Positions 24,901 through 37,430 of a stretch of 64,000 nucleotides of DNA are shown here, piece after piece. How positions within the stretch are numbered: the first letter of the stretch is position 1; each line of letters starts with the position of its first letter. A program made the translations under genes and the position numbers. A model generated the notes under the pieces. It was not told where the DNA came from, did no database searches, and saw nothing but the letters and a program-made list of their open reading frames with translations. Origin of the DNA: Mobula hypostoma (taxonomy: Eukaryota); contig NC_086108.1 in assembly GCF_963921235.1 (NCBI RefSeq), positions 83,516,001-83,580,000 of the forward strand, written 5' to 3'.

Positions 24901-26184
24901 TTAGCTGTTGAGGTCTTTGCGATTTCTTCTTACCACTGCTCCCTCCTCTGTTTGGATCATGTATGATCTGGGTTGTACTACTTCAAGTACTGTAGCTTTC
25001 TGTGTCCATGTGTTCATTTTGTCTTGTATCCTCACTTCATTTCCCTGATGCAGTTCAGGTAATGGACAAGAACGTCTATCAAAGTATATTTTCCGCTTTG
25101 CTTTGTATTCAACTTTCCATCTTTTCACTCGTTCACGTTCCTCTGTTCTCAGAAGGCTGTCATCCATTGGCAGATTAGATCTCAAACGTCGTCCCATCAA
25201 GAGCTGAGCAGGCGAAAATCCACATTCAAGTGGAGTACTGCAGTAGGCTAACAAGGCTTTATAAAAATCACTTTCACTATCTTTTGCTTTGTGCATCAGT
25301 TTCTTGACAATTCCTACCAATTTCTCAACTAATCCATTAGACTGAGGGAAAAATGGACTAGATGTTGTATGAACAAAGCCCCATTCACGAGCAAAATGTT
25401 TCATACATTCACTACTGAATTGTGGACCATTGTCTGTGAAAACTTCATCAGTTACACCATGTCTTGAAAAAAATGATTTCATGCACATAATTACATTTTC
25501 TGCAGTTGTTCTGCCCAGACAACACACTTCAGGATACAATGAGTAGTAATCTGTTATTAATAGATAACCTTTATTGTTAGTTATAAAAAGATCAACGCCT
25601 ACCTTCTGATAAGGTCTCTGAAGATTCGAGTGTGGATGCAGTGGCTCCTTAGGGTTGCTAGGTTGATATTTAAGGTATACTTGACAAGAAGACACCAATT
25701 CTGCAATCTCTTGAGTTATCCTGGGCCAAAACATCACTTCCCGTGCCTTTCTCTTACATTTTTCAATGCCTAGGTGGCCTTCATGAATTTTATCAAGCAT
25801 TTCTTTACGGAGACTTTTAGGTATAACAACTCTACTACCTTTGTACAATATCCCATCCATGACAGAAAGTTCTGATCTGTGATTCCAGTAATCTTGTACT
25901 ACTGAGGTAGAGACATGCCTATTATCTGGCCATCCATCCAACACCACTTGTATTACCTGATTGAGAATTTTGTCCTTCTCTGTCTCAAGACGCAGCAGTT
26001 CCAACTTTTTGGGAGCAACAGGTATAGTTTCTATGACCATATCAATAAATACCTGAACATCAATAACATTCTTGTGACTGTCTTTTGTTGGGTCCACAGC
26101 TCTGGAAAATGTGTCAGCCATGTACATGAATTTTCCAGGTGTGTATGACACATTCAACGCATATCTTTGCAATTTGATCCTCAT
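24901..26184 (-). pseudogene. Gypsy pol remnant: RNase H end and integrase (427-aa open stretch)
   Basis: Zn-binding HEGH region, GVDLF, TDNGPQF, PQSNGLVE integrase motifs. Confidence 0.9.
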
Positions 26185-26320
26185 TCGCTGAATTCACAAA
26201 GGACAGTTGCTTAAAGGTTTGTTAAACAATGCAATCAATGGCTTATGATCAGTTTCAACATCAATAGATTGCCCTGACACAAACTGATGGAATCTCTCAC
26301 AAGCAAACATAATGCTGAGC

Positions 26321-26784
26321 CTCCAACCTGATGGCATGAACATTGACTTCTCAAACTTCTGCTAATGCCCCATCTCCCCCTCGTACCCCATCCGTTATTT
26401 ATTTATATACACACATTCTTTTTCTCCCTCTGTCCCTCTCACTATACCCCTTGCCCATCCTCTGGGTTTTTCCCCCCCCTCCCCCTTTTCTTTCTCCCTA
26501 GGCCTCCTGTCCTATGATCCTCTGATACCCCTTTTGCCAATCAACTGTCCAGCTCTTGGCTCCATCCCCCCCCACCCCCGTCTTCTCCTATCATTTTGGA
26601 TCTCCCCTTCCCCCTCTCACTTTCAAATCTCTTACTAGCTCTTCTTTCAGTTAGTCCTGACGAAGGGTCTCGGTCCGAAACATTGACTGTACCTCTTCCT
26701 AGAGATGCTGCATTCACCAGCAACTTTGAAGTGTGTGGCTTGAATTTCCAGCATCTGCAGATTTCCTCGTGTTTGCGTTTTTAA
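26321..26784 (+). mobile_element. PLE 3' fragment nested in Gypsy RNase H
   Basis: 12-bp TSD ataatgctgagc (26309-26320 / 26785-26796); hammerhead at 26653-26688 with GTC decayed to ATT. Confidence 0.88.
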
Positions 26785-27402
26785 ATAATGCTGAGCAATT
26801 CTTTTCAATTTGGGCATACCTTGTTTCTGGATCAGATAATGAACGAGATGCATATGCAACTGGTAGCCATCCCCGATCATGTTTTTGGAGTAATACTGCC
26901 CCTAAGCCTGCTTGAGATGCATCACATGAGATTTTGATGGGTCTCAGCATCATAAAATTTCCACAGAGGTTCTTTTGTGAGTACTTTCTTGAGATTTTGC
27001 CATGCCTTCTCCTGTTCATGGTTCCAGCTCCATTCATTACTCTTTTCTGTTAGCTGCCTCAATGAAGCAAGCTGTTCTGAGAGACTGGGTATAAATTTCC
27101 CCATATAGTTAACCATTCCCATAAACCTGTGAACATCCTTTTTACATTGCGGTCTTGGCATGTTCTCAATAGCAGAAATCTTCAATGGATCAGGACGCAC
27201 ACCCTCATTGCTGATGAGATCACCCATAAACGTAAGTTCAGTCACTCCTAGCTGCCATTTGTCTTTATTCAATTTCAGGTTAGCCTTGCATGTTGCCTCA
27301 AAGACTTGTCAGAGCCTGGCGTCATGCTCTTGCTTAGTCGATCCCCAAATAATAATATCATCCATGGATGTATCTACGCCCTCAATGTGCTCATATAACA
27401 TG

Positions 27403-29197
27403 CAACACATACAAAATGCTGGTGGAACGCAGCAGGCCAGGCAGCATCTATAGGAAGAAGTACAGTCGGCGTTTTGGGCCGAGACCCTTCGTCAGGACTA
27501 ACTGAAAGAAGAGATTTGAAAGTGGGAGGGGAGGGGGAAATCTGAAATGATAGAAGACAGGAGGGGGAGGGATGGTGCTAACAGCTGGAAAGTTGATTGG
27601 CAAAAGGGATACAAGGCTGGAGAAGGAAGAGGATCATGGGACGGGAGGCCTAGGGAGAAAGGAAGGGGGAGGGGAGCACCAGAGGAAGATGGAGAGCAGG
27701 CAAGGAGTTATTGTGAAAGGGACAGAGAGAGAGAAAAAAGAAAAAAATAATAAATAAGGGATGGGGTAAGAAGGGGAGGAGGGGCATTAATGGAAGTTAG
27801 AGAAATCAATGTTCATGCCATCAGGTTGGAGGCGACCCAGACGGAATATAAGGTGTTGTTCCTCCAACCTGAGTGTGGCTTCATCTTGACAGTAGAGGAG
27901 GCCGTGGATAGACATATCAGAATGGGAATGGGATGTGGAATTAAAATGTGTGGCCACTGGGAGATCCTGCTTTCTCTGGCGGACAGAGCGTAGGTGTTCA
28001 GCGAAACGGTCTCCCAGTCTGCGTCGGGTCTCACCAATATATAGAAGGCCACATCAGGAGCACCGGACACAGTATCTCACACCAGCTGACTGACAGGTGA
28101 AGTGTCGCCTCACCTCTAGTGACTGTCTGGGGCCCTGAATGGTGGTGAGGGAGGAAGTGTAAGGGCATGTGTAGCACTTGTTCCGCTTACAAGGATAAGT
28201 GCCGGGAGGGAGATCAGTGGGGAGGGATGGGGGGGACGAATGGACAAGGGAGTCGTGTAGGGAGCGATCCCTGCGGAAAGCGGGGGGGCGGGGGGAGGGA
28301 AAGATGTGCTTAGTGGTGGGATCCCGTTGGAGGTGGCAGAAGTTACAGAGAATTATATGTTGGACCCGGAGGCTGGTGGGGTGGTAGGTGAGGACAAGGG
28401 GAACCCTATCCCTTGTGGGGTGACAGGAGGATGAGGTGAGAGCAGACACTTCACCTGTGAGTCAGCTGGGGTGATATACTGCGTCTGGTGCTCCCGGTGC
28501 AGCCTCCTATATATTGGCGAGACCCGATGCAGGCTGGGAGACCGTTTCGCTGAACACTTACGCTCTGTCCGCCAGAGAAAGCAGGATCTCCCAGGGGCCA
28601 CATATTTTAATTCCACGTCCCATTCCCATTCTGATATGTCAATCCACGGTCAAGATGAAGCCACACTCAGGTTGGAGGAACAACACCTTATATTCTGTCT
28701 GAGTAGCCTCCAACCTGATGGAATGAACATTGATTTCTCTAACTTCTGTTAATGCCCCTCCCCCCTTCTTACCCCATCCCTTATTTATTTACTTATTTAT
28801 TTATTACTTTTTCCTTTTTTTCTCTCTCTCTCTGTCCCTTTCACAATAACTCCTTGCCTGCTCTCCATCTTCCTCTGGTGCTCCCCTCCCCCTTCCTTTC
28901 TCCCCAGGCCTTCCATCCCATGATCCTCTCCCTTCTCCAGCTCTGTATCCCTTTTGCCAATCAACTTTCCAGCTCTTGGCTCCATCCCTCCCCCTCCTGT
29001 TTTCTCCTATCATCCTGGATCTCCCTCTCCCCCTCCCACTTTCAAATCTCTTCTTTCAGTTAATCCTGACGAAGGGTCTCGGCCCGAAACGTCGACTGTG
29101 CTTCTTCCTAGAGACGCTGCCTGGCCTGCTGCATTCCACCAGCATTTTGTGTGTGTTGCTTGAATTTCCAGCATCGGCAGATTTCCTCGTGTTTGCG
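27403..29197. mobile_element. Penelope-like element with large inverted duplication, nested in Gypsy RT
   Basis: 12-bp TSD tcatataacatg (27391-27402 / 29198-29209); GIY-YIG remnant (VIYCVWCSRCSLLYIGETRCRLGDRFAEH) on both arms. Confidence 0.9.
29062..29097 (+). ncRNA. Minimal hammerhead motif, core intact, one stem I mismatch
   Basis: aatc-CTGACGA-a-gggt-ctcg-gccc-GAAAC-GTC-gact. Confidence 0.7.
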
Positions 29198-31007
29198 TCA
29201 TATAACATGTGAATGGTTTTATGGTACACTTCAGGAGTTGATACAATTCCAAATGGAACCCTAAGAAAACAGTATCTGGCAAAAGGACTGTTAAATGTAC
29301 ACAATTTTGAACTCGGTTCATCTAATTTGAGTTGATGAACCTGGAGGATGCATCTAATTTACTAAAATACTTTGCATTAGCAAACTGTGACATAATTTCT
29401 TCACGAGTAGGCAATTTGAAATGCTCTCTTTTAATGGCCCAATTCAAGTCTCTTGGATCTAAATAAATCCTCAGTTTTCCATTTTTCTTATCAACAATGA
29501 CAAGCGAATTGACCCATTCAGTAGGTTCATCAATTTTTTTAATGACTCCTAGCCTTTCCATTCTGTCCAGCTCTGTTTTCAATTGATGATGTAATGCAAT
29601 AGGTACTTTTCTGCATGGATGTATTACGGGTTGACTGTATTGTCAATTTTCATTGAGTGCTCTCCTGGAAGACAACCAAGCCCATTAAACAAGTCCTCAT
29701 ACTCTTTTCATCAAGTCACTGTATTCTGACTTTGTGTCGCTATCCAGAACTAAAATTCTTTTCGCCAAATTAAGTCTTTCACAGGCAGGTAGACTCAGAA
29801 TTAACTGTACATTTTTTGGCACAACCACAAATGAAAGTGTGTGCACAATATTTTTGTGTGATACCTTTGCCATGCATGTTCCTTTAACTGGAATGTCTGC
29901 ACCTGAATACTCAGTCACTTTTATATTTTTCTGATGTAACTTTGGTCTTGGCTTTAAAGCATTAAACTGAGATCCTGCAAGAACATTTACTTGCACTCCA
30001 GTATCAAGTTTAAACAGAATATTGTTTTGATTCACTTGCAACGGGATAGTCCAATCATTCTTTCTTTGTTTATTTTCACAAGGCACATCTATATACAATT
30101 CCTCACGTTCATCTTCAAGCACAGCATTTACTTGTTTCAATTTATTTTCCTTCTTTCTACTTTTACAACAGCGTGAAAAATGATTAGGCTTACCGCAGCC
30201 ATTGCAAATTTTGTCATATGCGGGACACTGATTTGGACGATGTTCCCGCGTACAGCGATCACATGACTTTTTTTCTTTCCAGTGCTGTCCTGCTCTCTGT
30301 CAGTTTCATTGACGTATTATTATATTTCTTGATATATCTGTGCTTTTTTACAGCATTTACATTGCAGTTTTTGACAAAAAGCTCTTCAGCCTGCACCGTC
30401 ACGGTCTCAGAAGCTTTGCAAAGCGCCAAAACTTTTTCAAAATTTAAATCTTGCTCTGTCAACAGCCCTTCTCTCAGAGCGTTATCTCGAATGCCACAAA
30501 CAAGTCTATCTTTAATGAGAGAGTCCGTGAGCAATCCAAACTCGCATGTTCTACTATGCCTTCTTAACTCAGTAACATACTGATCAATTGTTTCAGCATC
30601 TCTCTGCGCACATGTGAAGAATTTATATCGCTCATACGTTAAATTACGCTTAGGTATACAAAATACTTCAAATCTGTCTATTATTGACCTTAAATTGAAA
30701 TTATATCCATCTTCGAAGACAAAATTATTATATACCTCTACTGCGTCATTCCCGATTACATAGAGCAAAAGCACAGCTTTATTTTTTTCTGATTTTTCTT
30801 CATAAGCGATCGCTGATAAGTACAATTCAGACTGTTGCTAGAATATCCTCCAATTCTCAGCTACATTGCCAGTCAGCTGAAGTTTTGGTGGGGGTTGTAA
30901 ACCTTCCATTTTACCGTTTACAGTTTGAACTTCTTTCTTCTTTTTTTTCGATTATCTTCGATTCTCGATTGTCCTGTATTATTCTTCCAGAACCATTTCT
31001 GACACCA

Positions 31008-31207
31008 TGTTATGTTACTTCTGTTTAAACGTACTGTGGGTTAACAGTAAAGAATCATATTCTGGAAGAATTAGAGAACTTTTATTTACAGTAATAAACA
31101 AACACGCCTTAACCCAGCCACGTGCTGGAACATTCTGGCAATCCCGTGCGTGCTCAGTGCTCTGTCCAATCATGTACTGGCACATCATTGCACGTGATAC
31201 CACCACA
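31008..31207 (-). repeat. Gypsy 5' LTR
   Basis: Direct repeat of 23798-23997; followed on minus strand by the PBS. Confidence 0.95.
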
Positions 31208-31334
31208 AAGGTTACAGGGAGAAGCCAGGAGAAGAGGATTGAGAGGGATAATAAATCAGCCATGATGGAGTGGCAGAGCAGATTCGATGCACCAAGTGGT
31301 CTAATTCTGCTCCTATATCTTATGTTCGTATATA

Positions 31335-31610
31335 CAGGGTAAATGCAGGGTTTGTTTACTTGAAGTAGGTATCAAGAGCCACAAAGGATTAGCTGTTCAG
31401 AACAGAACAAGAAAAAACACTTTTTTTTTAGAATTTTGTAAATTCATTTTCCAAGGCCGAGGGGGAGCAACTGAGCCTCCCCTTCGGCCTTGGAAAATGA
31501 ATTTACAAAATTCTAAAAAAAAAAGTGTTTTTTCTTGTTCTGTTCTGAACAGCTAATCCTTTGTGGCTCTTGATACCTACTTCAAGTAAACAAACCCTGC
31601 ATTTACCCTG
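31335..31610. repeat. Near-perfect inverted duplication (133/134-bp arms, 9-nt spacer)
   Basis: 31335-31467 is the reverse complement of 31477-31610 with one substitution and one homopolymer length difference. Confidence 0.95.
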
Positions 31611-33652
31611 CTGAGCCCCAAAAGAATTTCATATAATTTTAGGAGATCATCCGTCTTTCCCTAAACCCCAGAAAACAGTCTGGTAATCACTCTTAATGTA
31701 ACAAACTAGCTATCTGAGCAATCAATATGGTGAAACTCTGCTGCGTTTTGTGTTTCACGAGCCAATTGTTCCTTAGCTGAGGAGACCAGACTTGTACACA
31801 TTATCATTCCAGTTGTCTCATCCAGGTCATAGGTTACTGCCAACAGAGAGGAGGGACAGGAGCCTGAAGGCACACACTCAACATTTTAGGAACAGATTCT
31901 TCCTCTCTGCCATCAGATTTCTGAAGAGTCCTTGCTGGTGTTATTTTCACTATTTATTCATTACTATAATTTTTATGTCTTGCTACAAAACAACAATTTT
32001 CACTACAAATACCAGTGATCATAAATCTAGTTCTGAATCAGAGGCAGGCATTTTTACTCTTGTACTTTAAAAGGTAACTTACTATCTTCCATTCTAATTA
32101 CCTAATTAAATGTAATTTTAACTCACAACGATTTGTGTACAGCATTTTTGATCTTATGAATTAAAAAAACCCTCCGCATTTCTATTTCTTCCAACAACAT
32201 AGATTACCCCTTTTTTTAAACCTTACAACTGAATCCTCCACACAGACTTTGTATTTAATTTTGTATTATCTGAAATATATTCTACCTGATCCTTCATCTG
32301 AAATATTGATTAAGATTGTGAACAGCTGGGGCTGAACAACTACTTACAGCATTTAAGGGGATAGAATGTTTTTTTTCTTTAAATGAACCATGATTAACAC
32401 TGAGTGTTTCAATGCTGAGTAACAGACACAAAATTCTGGAGGAACTCAGCAGGTCAGGCAGCACCTGTGAGTCCTTCATTGGTCAGCGTGGCCCATGGAT
32501 ATTGCATCATAGCTATCTATGTAGTATATACACCAGCCAAGGAGACCAAGCTGTTGCCCATGGGGCTCCCCCTCTCCATGCATCTAATGAATCCAAAGGA
32601 ATGGCAGGGACCGATACAGTTTGGCACCAGCAGCAACGCAGGAGTTGCCAGTCAACGTTAAACTAAACCTTGGACAGCCTTAGAGACTCAAGCTCTGGAT
32701 TTTTCCTTGGTGTTTGCTCCTGAAGCTTTCCCAGAGAATGGGTATAGCCACAAGGCAGTGGAGGTTTAAGATCTGAGTTCTCCTTCTCCTTGGCGAGCTG
32801 CCAAGTCCCAGCTACCCAAAGGGAGGCATCTGCGGAGAAGAATAAACAGTCAATGTTTTGAGCCAAGGGGGTCAGATATATGTTTCTCTCCACAGATGCT
32901 GCCTGACCTGTTGAGTTTCTCCAGCATTTTGTGTGTTTTGCTCCAGAATGCAAGCATCCACAGAATCTCTAGTGATTTAATGCTGATGTTGTTAAAAGTA
33001 TTATTGTCCCAGTATCTTTACTGACATTTTACCCATAGATTTCTTACTTCCTGCAATAACTTAAAGAATTAACATCTCCATCAGTAACAAATTGTCTCAA
33101 ACTAGGATGATGGTGTATGGTGGAACAGGCTGATGTACAAGAGAGATTTTGACCTCCATGTTGGTGGAACATATTGTCAACACACAGAGTGCACTGCACT
33201 ACCACTCAACTGCTAAGTCTTCTATAGTTGTACCAGACCTAGTGTCAATTATATGGTGAGAATGCTAATGGAAAATGTAATATCCCATGGCAGGAGGTGG
33301 TAAGGAGGGGAAGAGGAAAGAGGTGGCACTGGAAGTGGACGTGGTGAGTGTAAAGGCATGATTCTCACTAGGCGCTCAAGCAAGCATCCTGAGACCATGT
33401 GCCAAGCACTCCACAGGTTCACTCATGCAGTCACAATCTGCACTTCAACTTTATGAGTGAGCTCACAAATTTCAGCACTCATGCAGAAATGCTTCTTATG
33501 CCTCTTATGTTTAGACAGATGTCATTTTTCCCTGACCAGCAGATGACAGTATCTGCCATCTTGATAACAGATTAAATAATTGACCTGAAATTGACTTATT
33601 ATATTAATTAAGAATTTGCCACATTTGCTAAGTAGTTGCAAAAACTCTAAAG

Positions 33653-36361
33653 CAGCCTTTCTCAACTTTTTTGCCCTGGAGGAATCCTTGAAATAATTTT
33701 CAGATCTTGGGGAATCCCTGCATTAAAAGTACTATATCCACAGCTCATGGTACATTAGCATGATCAGTAAGTTGTAGATATAGTCATCCAAAAATAATTG
33801 TAAAAGCTCTCTTGAGTAGAGAATGAATTTTTAGCCAACCTTTCTTGAACAAAACAGGTAGTTAAGGTTAGCTTGTCTTTCTTGAAATTCATCTCTTTCT
33901 TTCCCTTTCATAAATTTTAAAACTCATAAGGCAAACATAATAAATTTATGTTAAATAACTGGCTTAAGCCAAAATGGGATTTAATTTTTTTAAAGGTAGG
34001 TTCTGTAGATTTAACTTAAATAAATGTTGTAAATTGATTTTAATTAATGCAAGTTACAACATGAAAATTTATTGACAATGGTGAATAGTAAACTTACTAA
34101 AAACCATAAGCCAAAGCAATATGAATAAAATATAGCCTAAGACACAATTTTATACAAGTGTTTGAAAAACCTTTTTCTTACTAAGTGACATGATCAGGCT
34201 GAAATATAAGCCTAACATGTGAAATCTGTGCTTGTTTTTTGCTGCACAAATACTCAGTTCTGGGTCAAACTTGAAATAAGCACACATGGATTTTGCCTTC
34301 AACTGAAATGAGACAATTTCTATCCTTGCTCTTGATGCTTGTTAAACAAGAAAAAGCTTGCTCACACATGTAAGAAGTTGAAAACTGCAGCAAACTGTTC
34401 ATTGTTATCCTATTAATGAGAGGATACTCTTCTTTCACAGAAATCCAGAACTTGTCCAAGGGCAGGCCAGTAAATCTGATCGAGTACCCAATCAGACTGC
34501 AGCTCACAAAGTTCTTCCTATTCTCTAAAAGCCAAGTTCTCAGGCTGAGCTAAAGATTCAGAGAAAGGGTCCCTCACCCAGTCGTACACGTGTGTTGAAA
34601 GGGAGGAAAAATACTGTTCAATTTTGTTCTGCAGTTCTTCCAGGTCATTTTCAATAAGACTCAAGACTTTCCAATATCCTTCCTCACTCTCAAGCCCAAG
34701 CAGCAGTGGAAACATTTCAAGATTTCCTCTTGCAACATGATTTTTCCAAAGATTCAATTTCCTTTTAAATCCAAGAATCTTGTCACTTGAAGTCAAAACA
34801 TTTTCTCCAGGGCATTGCAGAGACTCAGTCAATTAGTTTATATGATGAAATATTTCTGCTAAGTAGGCTAGCTTCGGCAGCCATTCTTCATCTTCAAAGT
34901 ACTCAGCAAAATCTGGCCCGCTGTTTTCTTAGAAGTACTCCTGCAATTCACCTTTCAGCTCAAACACCCTGTTGAGAACTCTTCCTCTGCTAAGCCACCA
35001 GATTTTTGTCTGTAGCAGGAGATTGGTGTGCTCTTTGTTCAGGTTTTCACACAGTTTTTTAAACATTCCCAAGTGAACTGGTCTTTGTTTAATAATCCAG
35101 AACTTTTTTCATTTCATCTCCAAGAGTTTGATATTAGCACCTCCCCATGAAGAAAGCAGTGTGTTGTGACATCGTCAAGATTTTCTTCTCTTGTGGAGCC
35201 AACCATTGATGGGTACCATCAGTACAGATGCCGACACAGTTCCTTCAAGACAGACCTTTTGTTCCAGATATGAAGACAAAACATTAAATACATCTCAGCC
35301 TTTGCTTGTTTCGGGCAGCTCTTTGCAACAGAAAAAGTTTTCTTGAATTTCGCCATCACTTACAAATGCTACAGTATGACATTTATTGGTGAAATCTGTT
35401 GACTCATCAAGCTGGATAGAGAAGTTGTTGTTTTTCAGTTTATCACACAAACCTCTTCAGCATCATATGTCGTGTCATCAATACACCGACTTATTGCACA
35501 GTTTGAGGGTGAAATATTTTCGACTTCTCATACTGCATCTTGTCCTGGGATTTTACACATTATAATTTTACATGCTGGCACTATTAAGTCCTTAACAACT
35601 GTGTGATTTTTCCTTGTCTGGGTAACAAGTTCTGCTACTAAATAACTTGCTTCCTGAATCCTTTTACTGACTGCGATTTTATTAAGAAAAGTTTTACTCT
35701 GTTTTGAGATTCCAATTGCTGTTAAAAATAATCAGCACTTGTGTCATATGGCTGTGATTTGTAGTTAAATACCTTTTCAATTTTGCTGGAGCTGTTGCTA
35801 CATTTGTAAGTTGTTTGCCATAGACTAGGCACAATGGAATAGGACAACTTGGATCACCAGTCCATCAATAAGTAGCTTTCATTGTGGAGATAGACTTTAT
35901 TGTGTCCATTGTTGCACTAGTGTAGTGAATTGACTCAGAAGATTGTAATTCTTCATCATTAACCTTATCTGTATTGTCTATAGGCCCAAGCTCTAGAAAC
36001 CTCTTCTTACACCTCTTGAAAAATCACCACATTGGACCAAAAGACATATCTGTAAAACTCAGGGGTTAATAAAATACCCCTGTGTATTATCAGGGTGAGG
36101 CTAATGTCTGAGTCCAAGTTGGGCAAGTCCATTCAATGCTCAGAAAATGCACTTCATGCTCCTCAACAGCCTACCGTCCTCAACCAAATAAACACTGTCC
36201 TACCGTGCACTACCATACTGGGCAGAACGACCTCTAACGAGATTGTTAATGAGGCTGCTTGGTCACTGACCACCACTGCGAGTGCTAACATCGTACCAAG
36301 TTCAAAAGACAGTTTTTTTTTAAATCACAATCTCTCGTAGAACCTCGGATGAGAAACCCTG
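33653..36361 (-). mobile_element. hAT (Charlie/Buster-type) DNA transposon, full-length but decayed
   Basis: TIRs cagcctttctcaac / gatgagaaaccctg; 8-bp TSD ctctaaag (33645-33652 / 36362-36369); transposase remnants incl. FSIQLDESTD and LLQFSTSYMCEQAFS. Confidence 0.92.
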
Positions 36362-36442
36362 CTCTAAAGTCTAGTTTAGATTTGAAAATACTCAATGGCA
36401 AATCATTCTGATTTTTAAAAAATATAAACTTAAGACACCTTA

Positions 36443-36752
36443 AAGGCATCTGTTAGTCTTGTGAGACCATGGATCTGCGCCTGGAAAGTCTTCACTCTCC
36501 AGGGCGCAGGCCTGGGCAAGGTTGTATGGAAGACCAGCAGTTGCCCATGCTGCACATCTCCCCTCTCCACAACACCAATGTTGTCCAAGGGAAGGGCATT
36601 AGGACCCATACAGCTTGGCACTGGTGTCGTCACAGAGCATTGTGTGGTTAAGTGCCTTGCTCAAGGACACAACACGCTGCCTCGGCTGGGGCTCAAACTC
36701 ATGACCTTCAGGTCGCTAGTCCAATGCCTTAACCACTTGACCATGTACCCAC
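36443..36752 (-). mobile_element. tRNA-derived SINE (copy 2)
   Basis: Co-linear and similar to 10048-10350. Confidence 0.8.
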
Positions 36753-37199
36753 ACAAAATTAAGACATAACATGCATTTTATATCCTCAGGTATAATATTT
36801 TAAAAATTAATTTATAGGTTGCAGATGTTGCTGGCAAGACCTGCATTTATGACATCTTTCTAATTAACTTGGAGGTGGTGTTGGATCCACTTAAAGAAAG
36901 CAGTTCACCATTTCATGTGGTGAGGGTTTCATAAATAAAACAGCAGGTAATTTTAAGTTTAAGGGAACCAGTAGCAACTTAATTTATTGTCAGCCAAATG
37001 CAGAACATAAAGTGCGGTAAAAAAAAACCTTAATGACACTATGTCATCGCATCAGAACAGCCTCTTAAAGTGAACCCCAACTTAATGTCAGTTGGTGTGA
37101 ATTATGCATACTGTATGTTTCCACCTCATACGCTACCCTATAGATCCAGCCAATACTGTTAAATAATGGATTCCATTAAAAAAAATTAATTTAGGGATA

Positions 37200-37430
37200 C
37201 CATGCAGTAACAGGCTCTTCCAGCCCAACAAGCCTATGCTATCTAATTACACCCATGACCAATTAATCTACTAACCCACATCTTTGGAATGTGGGAGGAA
37301 ACCAGGGCACCCAGAGGAAACCTACACAGTCATGGAAAGAACATACAAACTTCGTACAGACAGCAGCAGGAATTGAACCCAGGTTGTTAGCACTGTAACA
37401 GCATTACACTAACCACCATGCTACCGACCC
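37200..37430 (-). mobile_element. V-SINE-like SINE (related copies at ~20920-21060, 37900-38125, 61200-61410, 62930-63090)
   Basis: Contains tgtgggaggaaaccagggcacccagaggaaacc, the reverse complement of the V-SINE-type core, plus tRNA-like head. Confidence 0.65.

Larger units (their letters stand above)
23798..31207 (-). mobile_element. Full-length decayed Ty3/Gypsy LTR retrotransposon with three nested insertions
   Basis: 200-bp TG...CA LTRs; PBS TGGTGTCAGAA next to the 31008 LTR; PPT aaggaaaggaaga (23998-24010); gag from ATG 30909, protease FKLDTG, RT (SMDD), RNase H, integrase (HEGH...C, DNGPQF); TSD AAGT/AAGG. Confidence 0.95.

Noticed and set aside
24901..26184. 427-aa ORF as a domesticated host gene
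   Set aside because: Lies between paired LTRs, and upstream gag-pol has stops, frameshifts and insertions; it is an ordinary Gypsy integrase remnant.
34265..35870. ZBED/SCAND3-like host gene
   Set aside because: Multiple frameshifts, enclosed by TIRs and an 8-bp TSD; a decayed transposon.
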